This document shows, piece after piece, positions 46,609 through 56,056 of a stretch of DNA of 64,000 nt. Location of the stretch: positions 64,219 to 128,218 of the forward strand of contig CACCAS010000004.1 in the NCBI GenBank assembly GCA_902544065.1. Reading direction: 5' to 3'. This stretch comes from an uncultured Pelagibacteraceae bacterium. GTDB lineage: Bacteria > Pseudomonadota > Alphaproteobacteria > Pelagibacterales > AG-422-B15. Each line of letters starts with the position of its first letter. Within the stretch, counting starts at the first letter, position 1. Under the pieces are notes generated by a model. That model was given only the letters and a program-made list of their open reading frames with translations, was not told the DNA's origin and made no database searches. The translations under genes and the position numbers were made by a program.

Positions 46609-47820
46609 TTGAAAGAAAATAATAGTTTATTTCCTGTTCATACTATTGGAATTGTAACAATCATTGGTTACGGATTTTTATTCTATACTATTGCCCCATT
46701 AAAAGAGTATATCTCACTGCACACCAATTTAAGTGAGGAATTAATTCTCACAATGTTTAGTTTAGCACTGTTATTTCAAGCCCTATTAGCGCCTCGGATT
46801 GGAAAATGGTCAGACCATCATGGAAGCCTAATCGTAATTAAATACGGCCTGTTATTAGGTATGATAGGCTCAATTTTTATTGGAATAACAGAGATTGATT
46901 TATTTATTTTCAAAAATGTATTGTGGGTATTTATTTCTATGTTTCTAATTACCTTGGGGCTTGGTATGTCAACCTATGAGGTAGCGTTTAATGCGGCAGT
47001 CCAAATGGATGAAATCAATTCTAGAAAAAATATTTCAATAATTACTTTTTATGGAGCGGTAGCAAGCACTATTACCTGGCTTTCAATTTATCCACTTATA
47101 TACAATGTAGGTTTATTCTATACGTGTTTATTTACTTCAATTATTTTATTAATTGGCTATGTACTTGTGTCCTCAAAGGAAATGAAATACAAATCAAATA
47201 TAGAATACTTAAATGAAAGTAAGTTATTATTTAATTGGAATGAGCTAAAGAAGACACAAAAGAAATCATTTTTTTATATTACAATATCCTCTTCTTTACA
47301 AAATTTCTTTTTTGTAGCATTTACCCTTGCATTAGTAAATTTTTTTACAGAAACATTTAATGACATTAGTATCGCGGTTGTACTTGCGAGTATATATGGC
47401 CCGTTTCAACTTGTAGGAAGATACTTGGAAATGAAAATTGGAAAGCATTACGACGCAAGATATACAGGCTTAATAGCCTTTTTGTTTGTAATTTTTTCAA
47501 TTTTTACAGCTCAATTTACAAATAATATTTTTGTTGCCGCAATTAGTATGGCTTTTTTCGGAATGGGTCACGGTGTTTTAACAATAACATATGGTTATGT
47601 CACCAATATGTATTTTGAGTCACAAATTTATGGCCAAGCTAAAGGGTGGATGGCCCTTTCAAGGAGCATTAGCTTTGCCGTAGGTCCAGCATTAGGTGCA
47701 CTTCTTTTTGCGTATAATTTAAACTTATTTACGATTACGATTGTAACAACTGCAATCCTATCAGCGTTTTCTTTCTCACTAATAATTTTCGAGAAACCTA
47801 CAAATCAAATGCACAAATAA
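46609..47820 (+). CDS. MFS-type transporter, substrate unknown
   Basis: About 12 TM, 403 aa, TTG start; embedded between phnE and phnF. Confidence 0.7.
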   Translation: MKENNSLFPVHTIGIVTIIGYGFLFYTIAPLKEYISLHTNLSEELILTMFSLALLFQALLAPRIGKWSDHHGSLIVIKYGLLLGMIGSIFIGITEIDLFIFKNVLWVFISMFLITLGLGMSTYEVAFNAAVQMDEINSRKNISIITFYGAVASTITWLSIYPLIYNVGLFYTCLFTSIILLIGYVLVSSKEMKYKSNIEYLNESKLLFNWNELKKTQKKSFFYITISSSLQNFFFVAFTLALVNFFTETFNDISIAVVLASIYGPFQLVGRYLEMKIGKHYDARYTGLIAFLFVIFSIFTAQFTNNIFVAAISMAFFGMGHGVLTITYGYVTNMYFESQIYGQAKGWMALSRSISFAVGPALGALLFAYNLNLFTITIVTTAILSAFSFSLIIFEKPTNQMHK

Positions 47821-48522
47821 TTATAATTTGCTTACTTCTAATTGAATTTTACTTCCAACGAAATAACTATCACTTATCTCAATTGGTTTGTTATTAATAT
47901 CTGTATTTATTGCTTTTGTATGTATTAACGGGTCTCCGATATTTATTTTTAAATATTTGGATTGTACATTATTCGCACTCTCTGCTGATACTGTTGTTTT
48001 TTTTCTATATATTTTTTTTAATCCATATTTATTAAAGGACAATGTCATAGAGCCAGTTTTACGAAAAAATAAATCAAAATTTTTAAATCTTTTTTCTGGG
48101 ACTAATCTTTCTGTTAAAATAAGTGGAATACCATTAGCTTTAGAGATTGTATAAATATAGAAAACTGAATCATTTTTTTTTAAATTAAATTCTCTTATTT
48201 CATTGCTGTACCCTTTTCTCTTATCTATAGAAATAATATCTACAGCAATATCAGTAGTCTCTTGATTTAAATTATGTGATGCCCTTACTGTTTTTCCGAT
48301 TTTATAATTTATTTTCTTAGAGTTGAGAAAATATCCTAAACCTCTTCTCGAATAAATGATATTTTCTTTTTTAAGGGCCTCGATTCCACGTCTAACTGTA
48401 TGCCTATTCACCTTAAAAAGCTTAGCATAATAGTTTTCAGAATAGATTTTTTCCCCTAATCGAAGCTTACGATCAATAATATCTTTTTTTATTGAGTCCC
48501 TTATTTCTTCCCAGGCAAACAT
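47821..48522 (-). CDS. phnF: GntR/HutC-family regulator (PhnF-like)
   Basis: N-terminal winged HTH (YSENYYAKLFKVNRHTVRRGIEALKKENIIYSRRGLGYFL) + UTRA-like C-domain; divergent from phnG. Confidence 0.8.
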   Translation of the reverse strand: MFAWEEIRDSIKKDIIDRKLRLGEKIYSENYYAKLFKVNRHTVRRGIEALKKENIIYSRRGLGYFLNSKKINYKIGKTVRASHNLNQETTDIAVDIISIDKRKGYSNEIREFNLKKNDSVFYIYTISKANGIPLILTERLVPEKRFKNFDLFFRKTGSMTLSFNKYGLKKIYRKKTTVSAESANNVQSKYLKINIGDPLIHTKAINTDINNKPIEISDSYFVGSKIQLEVSKL

Positions 48523-48529
48523 TTAGCTA

Positions 48530-48547
48530 TTGTAACATATTTTTAAT
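48530..48547 (+). promoter_or_regulatory. Possible weak Pho box upstream of phnG
   Basis: TTGTAAC-atat-TTTTAAT: the first half-site is good and the second has one mismatch to the local nTGTAAT consensus. Confidence 0.3.
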
Positions 48548-48575
48548 AATTAAATTGAAACGAATCGTCATAATT

Positions 48576-48603
48576 AGTATAGTATACTTGTATAGTTGTA
48601 TAG
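48576..48603 (+). promoter_or_regulatory. Candidate PhnF (HutC-type) operator
   Basis: Perfect palindrome AGTATA-G-TATACT (48576-48588), then tandem TTGTATAG-TTGTATAG (48588-48603), ending 6 nt before the phnG ATG. Confidence 0.45.
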
Positions 48604-48609
48604 ATTAAT

Positions 48610-49041
48610 ATGGAAAGAAAATTTTGGCTTAGTACATTGGCTACATGCAATGATGCCCACCTAACTTCTCTTTGGGAAAAATTTGGTATTGAGGTAAATT
48701 TCACATGGCTTAGAAAACCGGAAATAGGCAGTATAATGTGTCAAGGAAAAATTGGAGTAACAGGAAATAATTTCAATTTTGGTGAAGTTACTATTACCCG
48801 TTGTCAATTGAAAACCTCACAAGGAAAAATTGGTCACGGATACGTGCAAGGAAGAAATAAATATAAGGCTGAAATTGTTGCTATATGCGATGCTTTACTG
48901 CAAACAAATAAAAGAGATTTTTTAATCAAAAATATAATACGCCCTCTAGTTGTAAGCGATAAAAATTTAAAAAAGGATGTAATGTCAAAATCAGAGTCAA
49001 CAGCTGTCGATTTCTTTACATTGGTGCGAGGTGAAACTTGA
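48610..49041 (+). CDS. phnG: C-P lyase core complex subunit PhnG
   Basis: Size and position; FNFGEVTITRC motif; first gene of the phnGHIJKL block. Confidence 0.85.
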   Translation: MERKFWLSTLATCNDAHLTSLWEKFGIEVNFTWLRKPEIGSIMCQGKIGVTGNNFNFGEVTITRCQLKTSQGKIGHGYVQGRNKYKAEIVAICDALLQTNKRDFLIKNIIRPLVVSDKNLKKDVMSKSESTAVDFFTLVRGET

Positions 49042-49042
49042 A

Positions 49043-49597
49043 ATGATTAATACAAATGAAAACGAGTCTATTATAAAAGCCGATGCATTCAGAGCTATAT
49101 TGTTTGCAACTTCTTATCCTGGATCAATTGAAAAGTTTTTAGAGATAAATAAACCTAAACAAATTTCTACATCTTCAGCTTCTATTTTGTCCACTATGTG
49201 CGATCACACCAGCACCATTTATATTGGAAAATCATTAGATACTAAATCCTTAAGAGATTGGGTAGCCTTTCATACAAACTCTAAAATAGTAGATAAAAAA
49301 TTTGCAAATTTTGCAATTGGTACTTTCCATGACATGTTGCCCCTTACAGAGTTCTCTAGAGGATCAGACGAGTTTCCGGATAGATCATGTACATTAATAA
49401 TTGAGACACCCTTTAAATCAGACAATGTAAGTATTTCGGGGCCCGGTATCAAAGGTAGCAAAGATATCTACTTACCTCATGCGAATAAAATAAGTGATGT
49501 AAATAACTACTTCCCCCTTGGTATAGATTTCTATTTTACCAATAAAAGCAATTTTTTTTGCATTCCAAGATCAATAAAAATTAAAAAGAAAGGATAG
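49043..49597 (+). CDS. phnH: C-P lyase core complex subunit PhnH
   Basis: FRAILFATSYPG motif; ATG 49043 preferred (GAGGTGA SD 9 nt upstream) over in-frame GTG 49031. Confidence 0.85.
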   Translation: MINTNENESIIKADAFRAILFATSYPGSIEKFLEINKPKQISTSSASILSTMCDHTSTIYIGKSLDTKSLRDWVAFHTNSKIVDKKFANFAIGTFHDMLPLTEFSRGSDEFPDRSCTLIIETPFKSDNVSISGPGIKGSKDIYLPHANKISDVNNYFPLGIDFYFTNKSNFFCIPRSIKIKKKG

Positions 49598-49602
49598 TTT
49601 CT

Positions 49603-50673
49603 ATGTATGTAGCTGTTAAAGGTGGTGAAAAAGCAATTGAAAATGCTCATAATTGGCTTTCAGAAATAAGGAGAGGTGATGTTAATGTTCCCAACCTCGA
49701 AATTGATCAAATTAAAGAACAGTTGACATTGTCTGTTGAAAGGGTCATGTCAGAAGGATCATTATATGATACTGATCTAGCAGCTCTCGCCATAAAACAA
49801 TCAAGAGGTGACCTTATTGAAGCCATCTTCTTAATCAGGGCCTATCGTACAACTCTACCAAGATTTGGAACATCCCCCCCTATTAAAACAGAAGATATGG
49901 TATGCATGAGAAGAATCTCAGCAACTTATAAAGATATTCCTGGAAAACAAAAATTGGGGCCTACATTTGATTATACACACAGACTTTTAGACTTTAGTTT
50001 ACTGGCTGAAGGCAATATACCTAAGGCAGAAAAACGAAAAGTATTAAAGGAAAAAATACCTCACGTACTGAGATTTTTAAATAAAGAAGGCCTTATTCAA
50101 AAAGAAAAAAATAATAATTATCAGCCAAAAGACATCACAAGAAATCCACTTGAGTTTCCAGCTAATAGAAGTGAGAGGTTACAATCACTTTCTAGAGCCG
50201 ATGAAGGATTTCTTCTTGCTTTAGCTTATTCAACTCAAAGAGGCTACGCTAGAAATCATGCTTTTGTAGGTGAATTAAGAATTGGTTATGTAAAAGTTAA
50301 GTACAACATTCCAGAATTAGACATTGAGATCGATATTGCAGAAATAATTGTTACTGAGTGCGAGAGTGTAAATCAATTTCAAGGAAGCAAAAAAACACCC
50401 GCACAATTTACACGAGGATATGGATTGACATTTGGTCAATTAGAAAGAAAGGCAGTATCAATGGCCCTAGTCGATAGGGCATTAAGGTGGAAAGAAATTG
50501 GTGAAGAGTTTGTCGGAGCTCCTGCTCAGGATGAAGAGTTTGTATTGTCACATTGTGATAATATACAGGCAACTGGGTTTTTGGAACATTTAAAGTTACC
50601 CCATTATGTTGATTTTCAATCAGAGCTGGAATTGGTTAGAAGAATTCGTAAAGAGTATGAGAAAAACAAATAA
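49603..50673 (+). CDS. phnI: C-P lyase subunit PhnI (nucleosidase/ribosyl-transfer component)
   Basis: MYVAVKGGEKAI start, AIKQSRGDLIEAIFLIRAYRTT motif. Confidence 0.9.
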   Translation: MYVAVKGGEKAIENAHNWLSEIRRGDVNVPNLEIDQIKEQLTLSVERVMSEGSLYDTDLAALAIKQSRGDLIEAIFLIRAYRTTLPRFGTSPPIKTEDMVCMRRISATYKDIPGKQKLGPTFDYTHRLLDFSLLAEGNIPKAEKRKVLKEKIPHVLRFLNKEGLIQKEKNNNYQPKDITRNPLEFPANRSERLQSLSRADEGFLLALAYSTQRGYARNHAFVGELRIGYVKVKYNIPELDIEIDIAEIIVTECESVNQFQGSKKTPAQFTRGYGLTFGQLERKAVSMALVDRALRWKEIGEEFVGAPAQDEEFVLSHCDNIQATGFLEHLKLPHYVDFQSELELVRRIRKEYEKNK

Positions 50674-51547
50674 CGTAATTAAGATTAAAGATTTCAAAGT
50701 AGACAAAGGTCTACCTTTTGATCAAGAATATAATTTTGCGTATTTAGATGAGAATACAAAAAAAATGATAAGACGTGCAATAATAAAAGCTTTATGTATT
50801 CCAGGTTATCAGGTTCCTTTTGCCTCTAGGGAAATGCCTATGCCATATGGATGGGGAACAGGTGGAGTCCAAGTTACTGCGAGCTGCTTAACAAAAAGAG
50901 ACACTTTAAAAATAATAGATCAGGGAGCTGACGATACTACCAACGCTGTATCAATAAGAAATTTTTTCAAAAAAACTTCAAATATTAAAACTACTGAAAT
51001 TACTGAAAAAGCAACACTGATACAAACTAGACATAGAATTCCTGAAACACCATTAAAAAAGAAACAAATATTTGTTTATCAGGTACCCATCCCTGAACCC
51101 TTGGCCTTTCTAGAACCTAAAGTATCTGAAACAATAAAAATGCACTCTCTTTCCGAATATGGCGCAATGCACGTAAAGCTCTATGAAGATATATCAAAAA
51201 ATGGGCATATAGAAACCGCTTACGCTTATCCAGTAAAAACTAATGATCGTTATATAATGGATCCATCCCCAATACCAAAATTTGATAATCCTAAAATGAA
51301 TAACTCACCAGCGATACAGCTATTTGGTGCTGGAAGAGAACAAAGAATTTATGCTATTCCACCATATACAAAAGTTAAAAGTCTCGATTTTGAAGACTAC
51401 CCATTTGACCCATTTAAAGCTGAACACGCGTGTGATATTTGTGGATCAAAGAATACATATTTAGATGAGATTATTGTTGATGATGCGGGAAATAAATCTT
51501 TTATTTGCTCAGATACAGATTTTTGTAATAAAAGAAAAAATAAATGA
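50657..51547 (+). CDS. phnJ: C-P lyase radical-SAM catalytic subunit PhnJ
   Basis: YNFAYLDE, MPMPYGWGTGG (glycyl-radical Gly region), C-terminal four-Cys cluster CDICGS...CSDTDFC; start at ATG 50657, 17-nt overlap with phnI. Confidence 0.9.
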   Translation: MRKTNNVIKIKDFKVDKGLPFDQEYNFAYLDENTKKMIRRAIIKALCIPGYQVPFASREMPMPYGWGTGGVQVTASCLTKRDTLKIIDQGADDTTNAVSIRNFFKKTSNIKTTEITEKATLIQTRHRIPETPLKKKQIFVYQVPIPEPLAFLEPKVSETIKMHSLSEYGAMHVKLYEDISKNGHIETAYAYPVKTNDRYIMDPSPIPKFDNPKMNNSPAIQLFGAGREQRIYAIPPYTKVKSLDFEDYPFDPFKAEHACDICGSKNTYLDEIIVDDAGNKSFICSDTDFCNKRKNK

Positions 51548-52314
51548 TAATCCCTCTTTTAAAAGTTACAAATTTAAGCAAATCTTATGATAATATTGTT
51601 GGATGTAAAAATATTTCAATGTCACTATATCCAGGTGAAGTATTGGGCATTGTCGGTGAGTCTGGTTCTGGTAAAACAACCTTAATTAACTGCTTATCCG
51701 GCAATCTTGAGCCTGATAGAGGAAAAATAATTTTCAATATTAACAACAAAGAAACCGACTTTTTAAATATATCAGAGTCAGAGAAAAGAAAATTTATTAG
51801 AACAGATTTAGCTTTTGTTCATCAAAACCCACGTGACGGATTAAGATTAAATGTATCAGCAGGTGGTAATATAGGCGAAAAATTAATGTCTGTTGGCTAT
51901 AGACATTATGGAAATATAAGAAGCTTAGCAACAAAATGGATGAATAAAGTTGAAATAGACAAAAGTAGAATTGATGATCTACCCATTACTTTCTCAGGTG
52001 GAATGCTTCAAAGACTTCAAATAGCAAAAAATCTAATAACAAGCCCAAATGTTATTTTTATGGATGAACCAACTGGTGGGCTAGATGTTTCAGTTCAAGC
52101 TCGTGTTCTTGATTTGATAAGATCACTTGTTAATGAGTTGAACCTTACAGTAATTATTGTATCACATGATTTAGCCGTTATCAGATTACTTGCAGATAAA
52201 ATGATTGTCATGAAAAACGGTACTGTAATCGAGTCTGGTTTAAGCGATCAGGTACTTGAAGATCCTCAGCAAGAATATACACAGCTATTAGTAAGTTCGG
52301 TGTTACACGTTTAG
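51544..52314 (+). CDS. phnK: C-P lyase ATP-binding subunit PhnK
   Basis: ABC ATPase motifs GESGSGKTT, FSGGMLQR, FMDEPTGGLD; ATGA overlap with phnJ. Confidence 0.9.
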   Translation: MIIPLLKVTNLSKSYDNIVGCKNISMSLYPGEVLGIVGESGSGKTTLINCLSGNLEPDRGKIIFNINNKETDFLNISESEKRKFIRTDLAFVHQNPRDGLRLNVSAGGNIGEKLMSVGYRHYGNIRSLATKWMNKVEIDKSRIDDLPITFSGGMLQRLQIAKNLITSPNVIFMDEPTGGLDVSVQARVLDLIRSLVNELNLTVIIVSHDLAVIRLLADKMIVMKNGTVIESGLSDQVLEDPQQEYTQLLVSSVLHV

Positions 52315-52315
52315 T

Positions 52316-52990
52316 ATGATTGAGGTAAAAAAAGTTAATAAATCGTTTACTTTATTTAACCAAAATAACGCGAAGATAACAGTTTTTAAAAATTTAAATT
52401 TTGAGGTTAATCCAGGTGAAATTGTAGCCCTTAAAGGACCATCAGGCATAGGTAAATCAAGTATTTTAAAGATGATTTATGGAAGTTATATAATTGATAA
52501 GGGTGCTATAATTATAAATAATAAAAATATTGCCACTCTATCGGCTCAGGAAATACTTAAACTTAGAAAAACTTCAATTGGGTATGTGAGCCAATTTTTA
52601 AAAGTGATACCCCGTATTTCTGCTTTGGATGTAATAATGGAACCATTATTAAATTCAGGTGATAATAAAAATAATGCTTATAAAAAATCGATAAAACTTT
52701 TAAAGGACTTAAATATTGAGAAGAATTTGTGGCACTTATCTCCGCTAACTTTTTCTGGGGGCGAGCAACAGAGAATTAATATCGCACGAGGTTTTATAAA
52801 AGACCTTCCTTACTTGTTACTCGATGAGCCAACTGCAAGTCTTGACAGTAGAAATCGTGATATAATTATCAATTTAATTAAAGCGAAATCTAATAGAGGC
52901 GTATCAATTATTGGAATCTTTCATGACGAATATTCTCGAAAAAAGTTGAATGTAAGAGAGATTGATCTAAACATTGAAACAAAGCATTAA
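52316..52990 (+). CDS. phnL: C-P lyase ATP-binding subunit PhnL
   Basis: ABC ATPase motifs GPSGIGKSS, FSGGEQQR, LLDEPTASLD. Confidence 0.9.
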   Translation: MIEVKKVNKSFTLFNQNNAKITVFKNLNFEVNPGEIVALKGPSGIGKSSILKMIYGSYIIDKGAIIINNKNIATLSAQEILKLRKTSIGYVSQFLKVIPRISALDVIMEPLLNSGDNKNNAYKKSIKLLKDLNIEKNLWHLSPLTFSGGEQQRINIARGFIKDLPYLLLDEPTASLDSRNRDIIINLIKAKSNRGVSIIGIFHDEYSRKKLNVREIDLNIETKH

Positions 52991-53525
52991 AAGAAACGGC
53001 AAGGCTTTTATCGTCTTAGGTCCATCAGGATCTGGTAAAAATACCCTTATAAATGGAGCCTGTAAAAATATCGATAATCTAAAGGCGATCAAAAGATACA
53101 TTACAAGAACTAAAATAGATATTAATGAAGACTATAACCCTATTGATGAAAAAATATTTACACAAATGAAGAGTGAAAATTTATTTTGTACAACATGGAA
53201 TGCAAATAATTGCAATTATGGTATTCACAAAGATGCAATTGATGATCTTAAAGATGGAAAAAACATAATATTTGCTGGATCTAGAGAATATATAAATAAT
53301 ATATTATATGATATATCCTCTTCTATCGTTATACACATAAATGCTACTAGCAATTTATTGAGTCAACGAATTTTTGATAGAAAAAGAGAGAACGAATTCG
53401 AAATCAACTCTCGAATAAAAAGAGAAAATTATAATTTACCAACAAGTACAAAATTTGTAGAAAATAATAGCAGTATTGATCAAGGTATTATGAATTTAAC
53501 TGCATTAATTAAAAGTTTAATTTAA
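52974..53525 (+). CDS. phnN: Ribose 1,5-bisphosphate phosphokinase PhnN
   Basis: Guanylate-kinase-like P-loop GPSGSGKNT, 183 aa, TTG start, 17-nt overlap with phnL. Confidence 0.8.
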   Translation: MKQSIKRNGKAFIVLGPSGSGKNTLINGACKNIDNLKAIKRYITRTKIDINEDYNPIDEKIFTQMKSENLFCTTWNANNCNYGIHKDAIDDLKDGKNIIFAGSREYINNILYDISSSIVIHINATSNLLSQRIFDRKRENEFEINSRIKRENYNLPTSTKFVENNSSIDQGIMNLTALIKSLI

Positions 53526-54225
53526 ACCTTTTTATTTCCTCAAAATGGCCATTTTTATTTTCACCAAGTAAACTAATTTCATTAAATTCAATTACATTAT
53601 TTGATATTTTGTAAATTAATTTTTCTAGTTCTAATTTTTGTTTGTTAGATAATTTATTGTTATTTTGGTTCATTAGCGTCATATGAAATTTAAACTGATC
53701 AAAGACGAATGGATATCCCCACTCTTTTAAATATTTGTTTTGCTTAATAGTTAAAGAATCAGGGATCCTTTTTTTTATTTCTGTTTTATTTAGCTCTGCC
53801 CTAAAAGTATCTAGATGTTTAACAAGATCATTCTCAAGGTTTATTAATAATTTGTTTGGTTTTCTGCTAGTTATGAAAGTAAATTTTTTACTATAAACAA
53901 TTTTTAAACCTTGTATCTTAAATCTACTATGTTGTGCTGCTATATGGCTAATAACATCATAAAAATTTTTTGTTTTAACATTTCTTTTAAGTCTAAATGG
54001 TGCCTTTAATGTTGCGTGAAACCCATACTTTGCAGGCTGTTCACAATAGTCTTTAAGTTCATCAAAGAATGTAAAACCTCTATTAATAAAATATTTTTGA
54101 CGTCTTGTTAGTGATATTTTTTTCTTTTTATTGATATCTCTACCTAAAAGGTTTTTTCCGAAGTTTTCTAAACTCGAGTTTTTTTTAGGCAAAAAGTAAA
54201 TTGCCACTCTTTTGTAATTAGTCAT
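53509..54225 (-). CDS. DUF1045-type 2H-phosphoesterase associated with phosphonate metabolism
   Basis: Two HxT motifs (YGFHATLKAPF and FKFHMTLMNQ) diagnostic of the 2H superfamily; sits where phnP would be. Confidence 0.75.
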   Translation of the reverse strand: MTNYKRVAIYFLPKKNSSLENFGKNLLGRDINKKKKISLTRRQKYFINRGFTFFDELKDYCEQPAKYGFHATLKAPFRLKRNVKTKNFYDVISHIAAQHSRFKIQGLKIVYSKKFTFITSRKPNKLLINLENDLVKHLDTFRAELNKTEIKKRIPDSLTIKQNKYLKEWGYPFVFDQFKFHMTLMNQNNNKLSNKQKLELEKLIYKISNNVIEFNEISLLGENKNGHFEEIKRFKLNF

Positions 54226-54274
54226 AATACTTTAACAATAATCTAATAAATTAGTAATATCTTGTTAAATAAAT

Positions 54275-55417
54275 ATGAATGAATTTGTAATAAAAAATGC
54301 CCATATTGTTTGTCCGGACGAATCTTTTATGGGCCATGTTTACATTGCAAACGGTATAATAAAGGATTTAAGTAAAGGAAATTATACAGGAAATTCTGCT
54401 TTCGATTTAAACAAGGATTTCTTAATTCCTGGTTTAATCGAACTTCATACAGATAATATCGAAAGACATTTAACACCCAGGCCAAAAGTAGAATGGCCAA
54501 TTATAAACGCATTGCTAGCTCATGATAGAGAATTGTCTTCCGTCGGTATAACCACGGTATTTGATGCACTTAGAGTTGGATCGATACCAAAAGGGAACCT
54601 TCAAGGTGAATATAAAAAATATGCTAAAGCAACAGCTGACCAAATTTCAACTTTAAAAAAAAATAAACTTTTTAAAATTGACCATTATATTCACTTGCGT
54701 GCAGAAACCGCATCTGAAACGTTAGCAAATGAACTTGATGAGTTTGATGAATCAAGCAACGTTAAAATGATAAGCATTATGGACCATACACCGGGACAAA
54801 GACAATTTAGAAATACAGATAAATATAAGGAATATTTAGCGGGTAAATATCAACTATCTGATGAAGAAATGGAAAATCACTTCTCTAAATTAAAAGCACT
54901 GCAGTCAAAAAATAGTGAAATACATATAAAGAAAATATCTGAAGCACAAATGAGATTTCAATGTGTTCTTGCGAGTCATGATGACACTACTATAGAAGAT
55001 GTATTAAGTTCAAAAAATCTAGGAGTTTCAATAGCAGAATTTCCAACCACAATCGAAGCAGCAAAAGAGTCGCAAAAAGAAGACATGAAAATTATCATGG
55101 GTTCGCCAAATTTAATGAGAGGTGGGTCACATTCTGGAAATATTTCAGCTCAAGAACTCATAGACGAAAATTGCCTTGATATTTTTAGCTCTGACTATAT
55201 CCCGTCATCCCTACTTTCTTCAGCTGTCAAATGGGGTTTAGAGTCCGGTAATATGCCAAAAGCAATTGCCTCTATTTCAAGAAACCCAGCAATAGCTACA
55301 CAGCTTCTAGACCGAGGTAGTATACAGTGCGGCATGAAGGCGGACCTAGTTAGTTTCAGTATTTATAACAATTTACCAATAGTAAAAAAAGTATGGGTAT
55401 CTGGACAAGCGATATAA
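54275..55417 (+). CDS. phnM: Ribosyl-methylphosphonate 5-triphosphate diphosphatase PhnM (amidohydrolase fold)
   Basis: GLIELHTDNIERH metal motif, SIMDHTPGQRQF, ASHDD motifs. Confidence 0.9.
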   Translation: MNEFVIKNAHIVCPDESFMGHVYIANGIIKDLSKGNYTGNSAFDLNKDFLIPGLIELHTDNIERHLTPRPKVEWPIINALLAHDRELSSVGITTVFDALRVGSIPKGNLQGEYKKYAKATADQISTLKKNKLFKIDHYIHLRAETASETLANELDEFDESSNVKMISIMDHTPGQRQFRNTDKYKEYLAGKYQLSDEEMENHFSKLKALQSKNSEIHIKKISEAQMRFQCVLASHDDTTIEDVLSSKNLGVSIAEFPTTIEAAKESQKEDMKIIMGSPNLMRGGSHSGNISAQELIDENCLDIFSSDYIPSSLLSSAVKWGLESGNMPKAIASISRNPAIATQLLDRGSIQCGMKADLVSFSIYNNLPIVKKVWVSGQAI

Positions 55418-56056
55418 TTAATCGTAAAATCGAAGAATAAAATATGCAATTAAGAGTCCAATTAATTGCATAAAAATAAACATTAACACGTGCTGTGGAT
55501 CTATACCGGTAAATGTGTTGGTAAATGATCTACTGATCGTGACAGCTGGATTGGCAAATGACGTTGAAGATGTGAACCAATAAGCCCCAGTTATATATAA
55601 AGCCACCGCTATTGCTGGATCTCTTTTTGCCTTTAGTGTGAGCACAATTGTAATTAATAAGCCTATTGTTGCAACCACTTCAGAGACATGAATATTAATT
55701 CCTGTTCTTTCTTTAGTTGAAAATTCAATAAATAAATCATCAAAAATATAATTTGCTAAAATGACTCCAGAAGTGCCACCCACTAGTTGAAAAATGATAA
55801 ATAATATCATCGTTACGTTATTAATATCTGATTTAAATCTAAAATAAAGTGTAACAACTGGATTAAAATGAGCTCCAGATATAGGACCAAATATTGATAT
55901 TATCACGTAAAGCATTGCTCCTGTTGCTATTGCATTAGCAAGCAATACAACACCTTCATTTGTAGGAGATAGATTTTCGGCCATTATCCCTGATCCTACT
56001 ACCGAGAAAACAAGTAAGAGTGTACCCAGATATTCAGAAAGTATTTTTTTAGGCAT
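55418..56056 (-). CDS. MIP-family channel (AqpS/GlpF-like, likely arsenite/neutral solute channel)
   Basis: Two half-helix motifs HFNPVVT and ANPAVT, 6 TM, 212 aa; start abuts the arsC stop. Confidence 0.8.
   Translation of the reverse strand: MPKKILSEYLGTLLLVFSVVGSGIMAENLSPTNEGVVLLANAIATGAMLYVIISIFGPISGAHFNPVVTLYFRFKSDINNVTMILFIIFQLVGGTSGVILANYIFDDLFIEFSTKERTGINIHVSEVVATIGLLITIVLTLKAKRDPAIAVALYITGAYWFTSSTSFANPAVTISRSFTNTFTGIDPQHVLMFIFMQLIGLLIAYFILRFYD

Noticed and set aside
41487-55417. Impression that phnCDE and parts of the C-P lyase genes are GC-richer than neighbours (possible horizontal acquisition)
   Set aside because: I could not compute windowed GC or codon usage. Conserved protein cores are generally GC-richer in AT-rich genomes, so the impression is not evidence of transfer.
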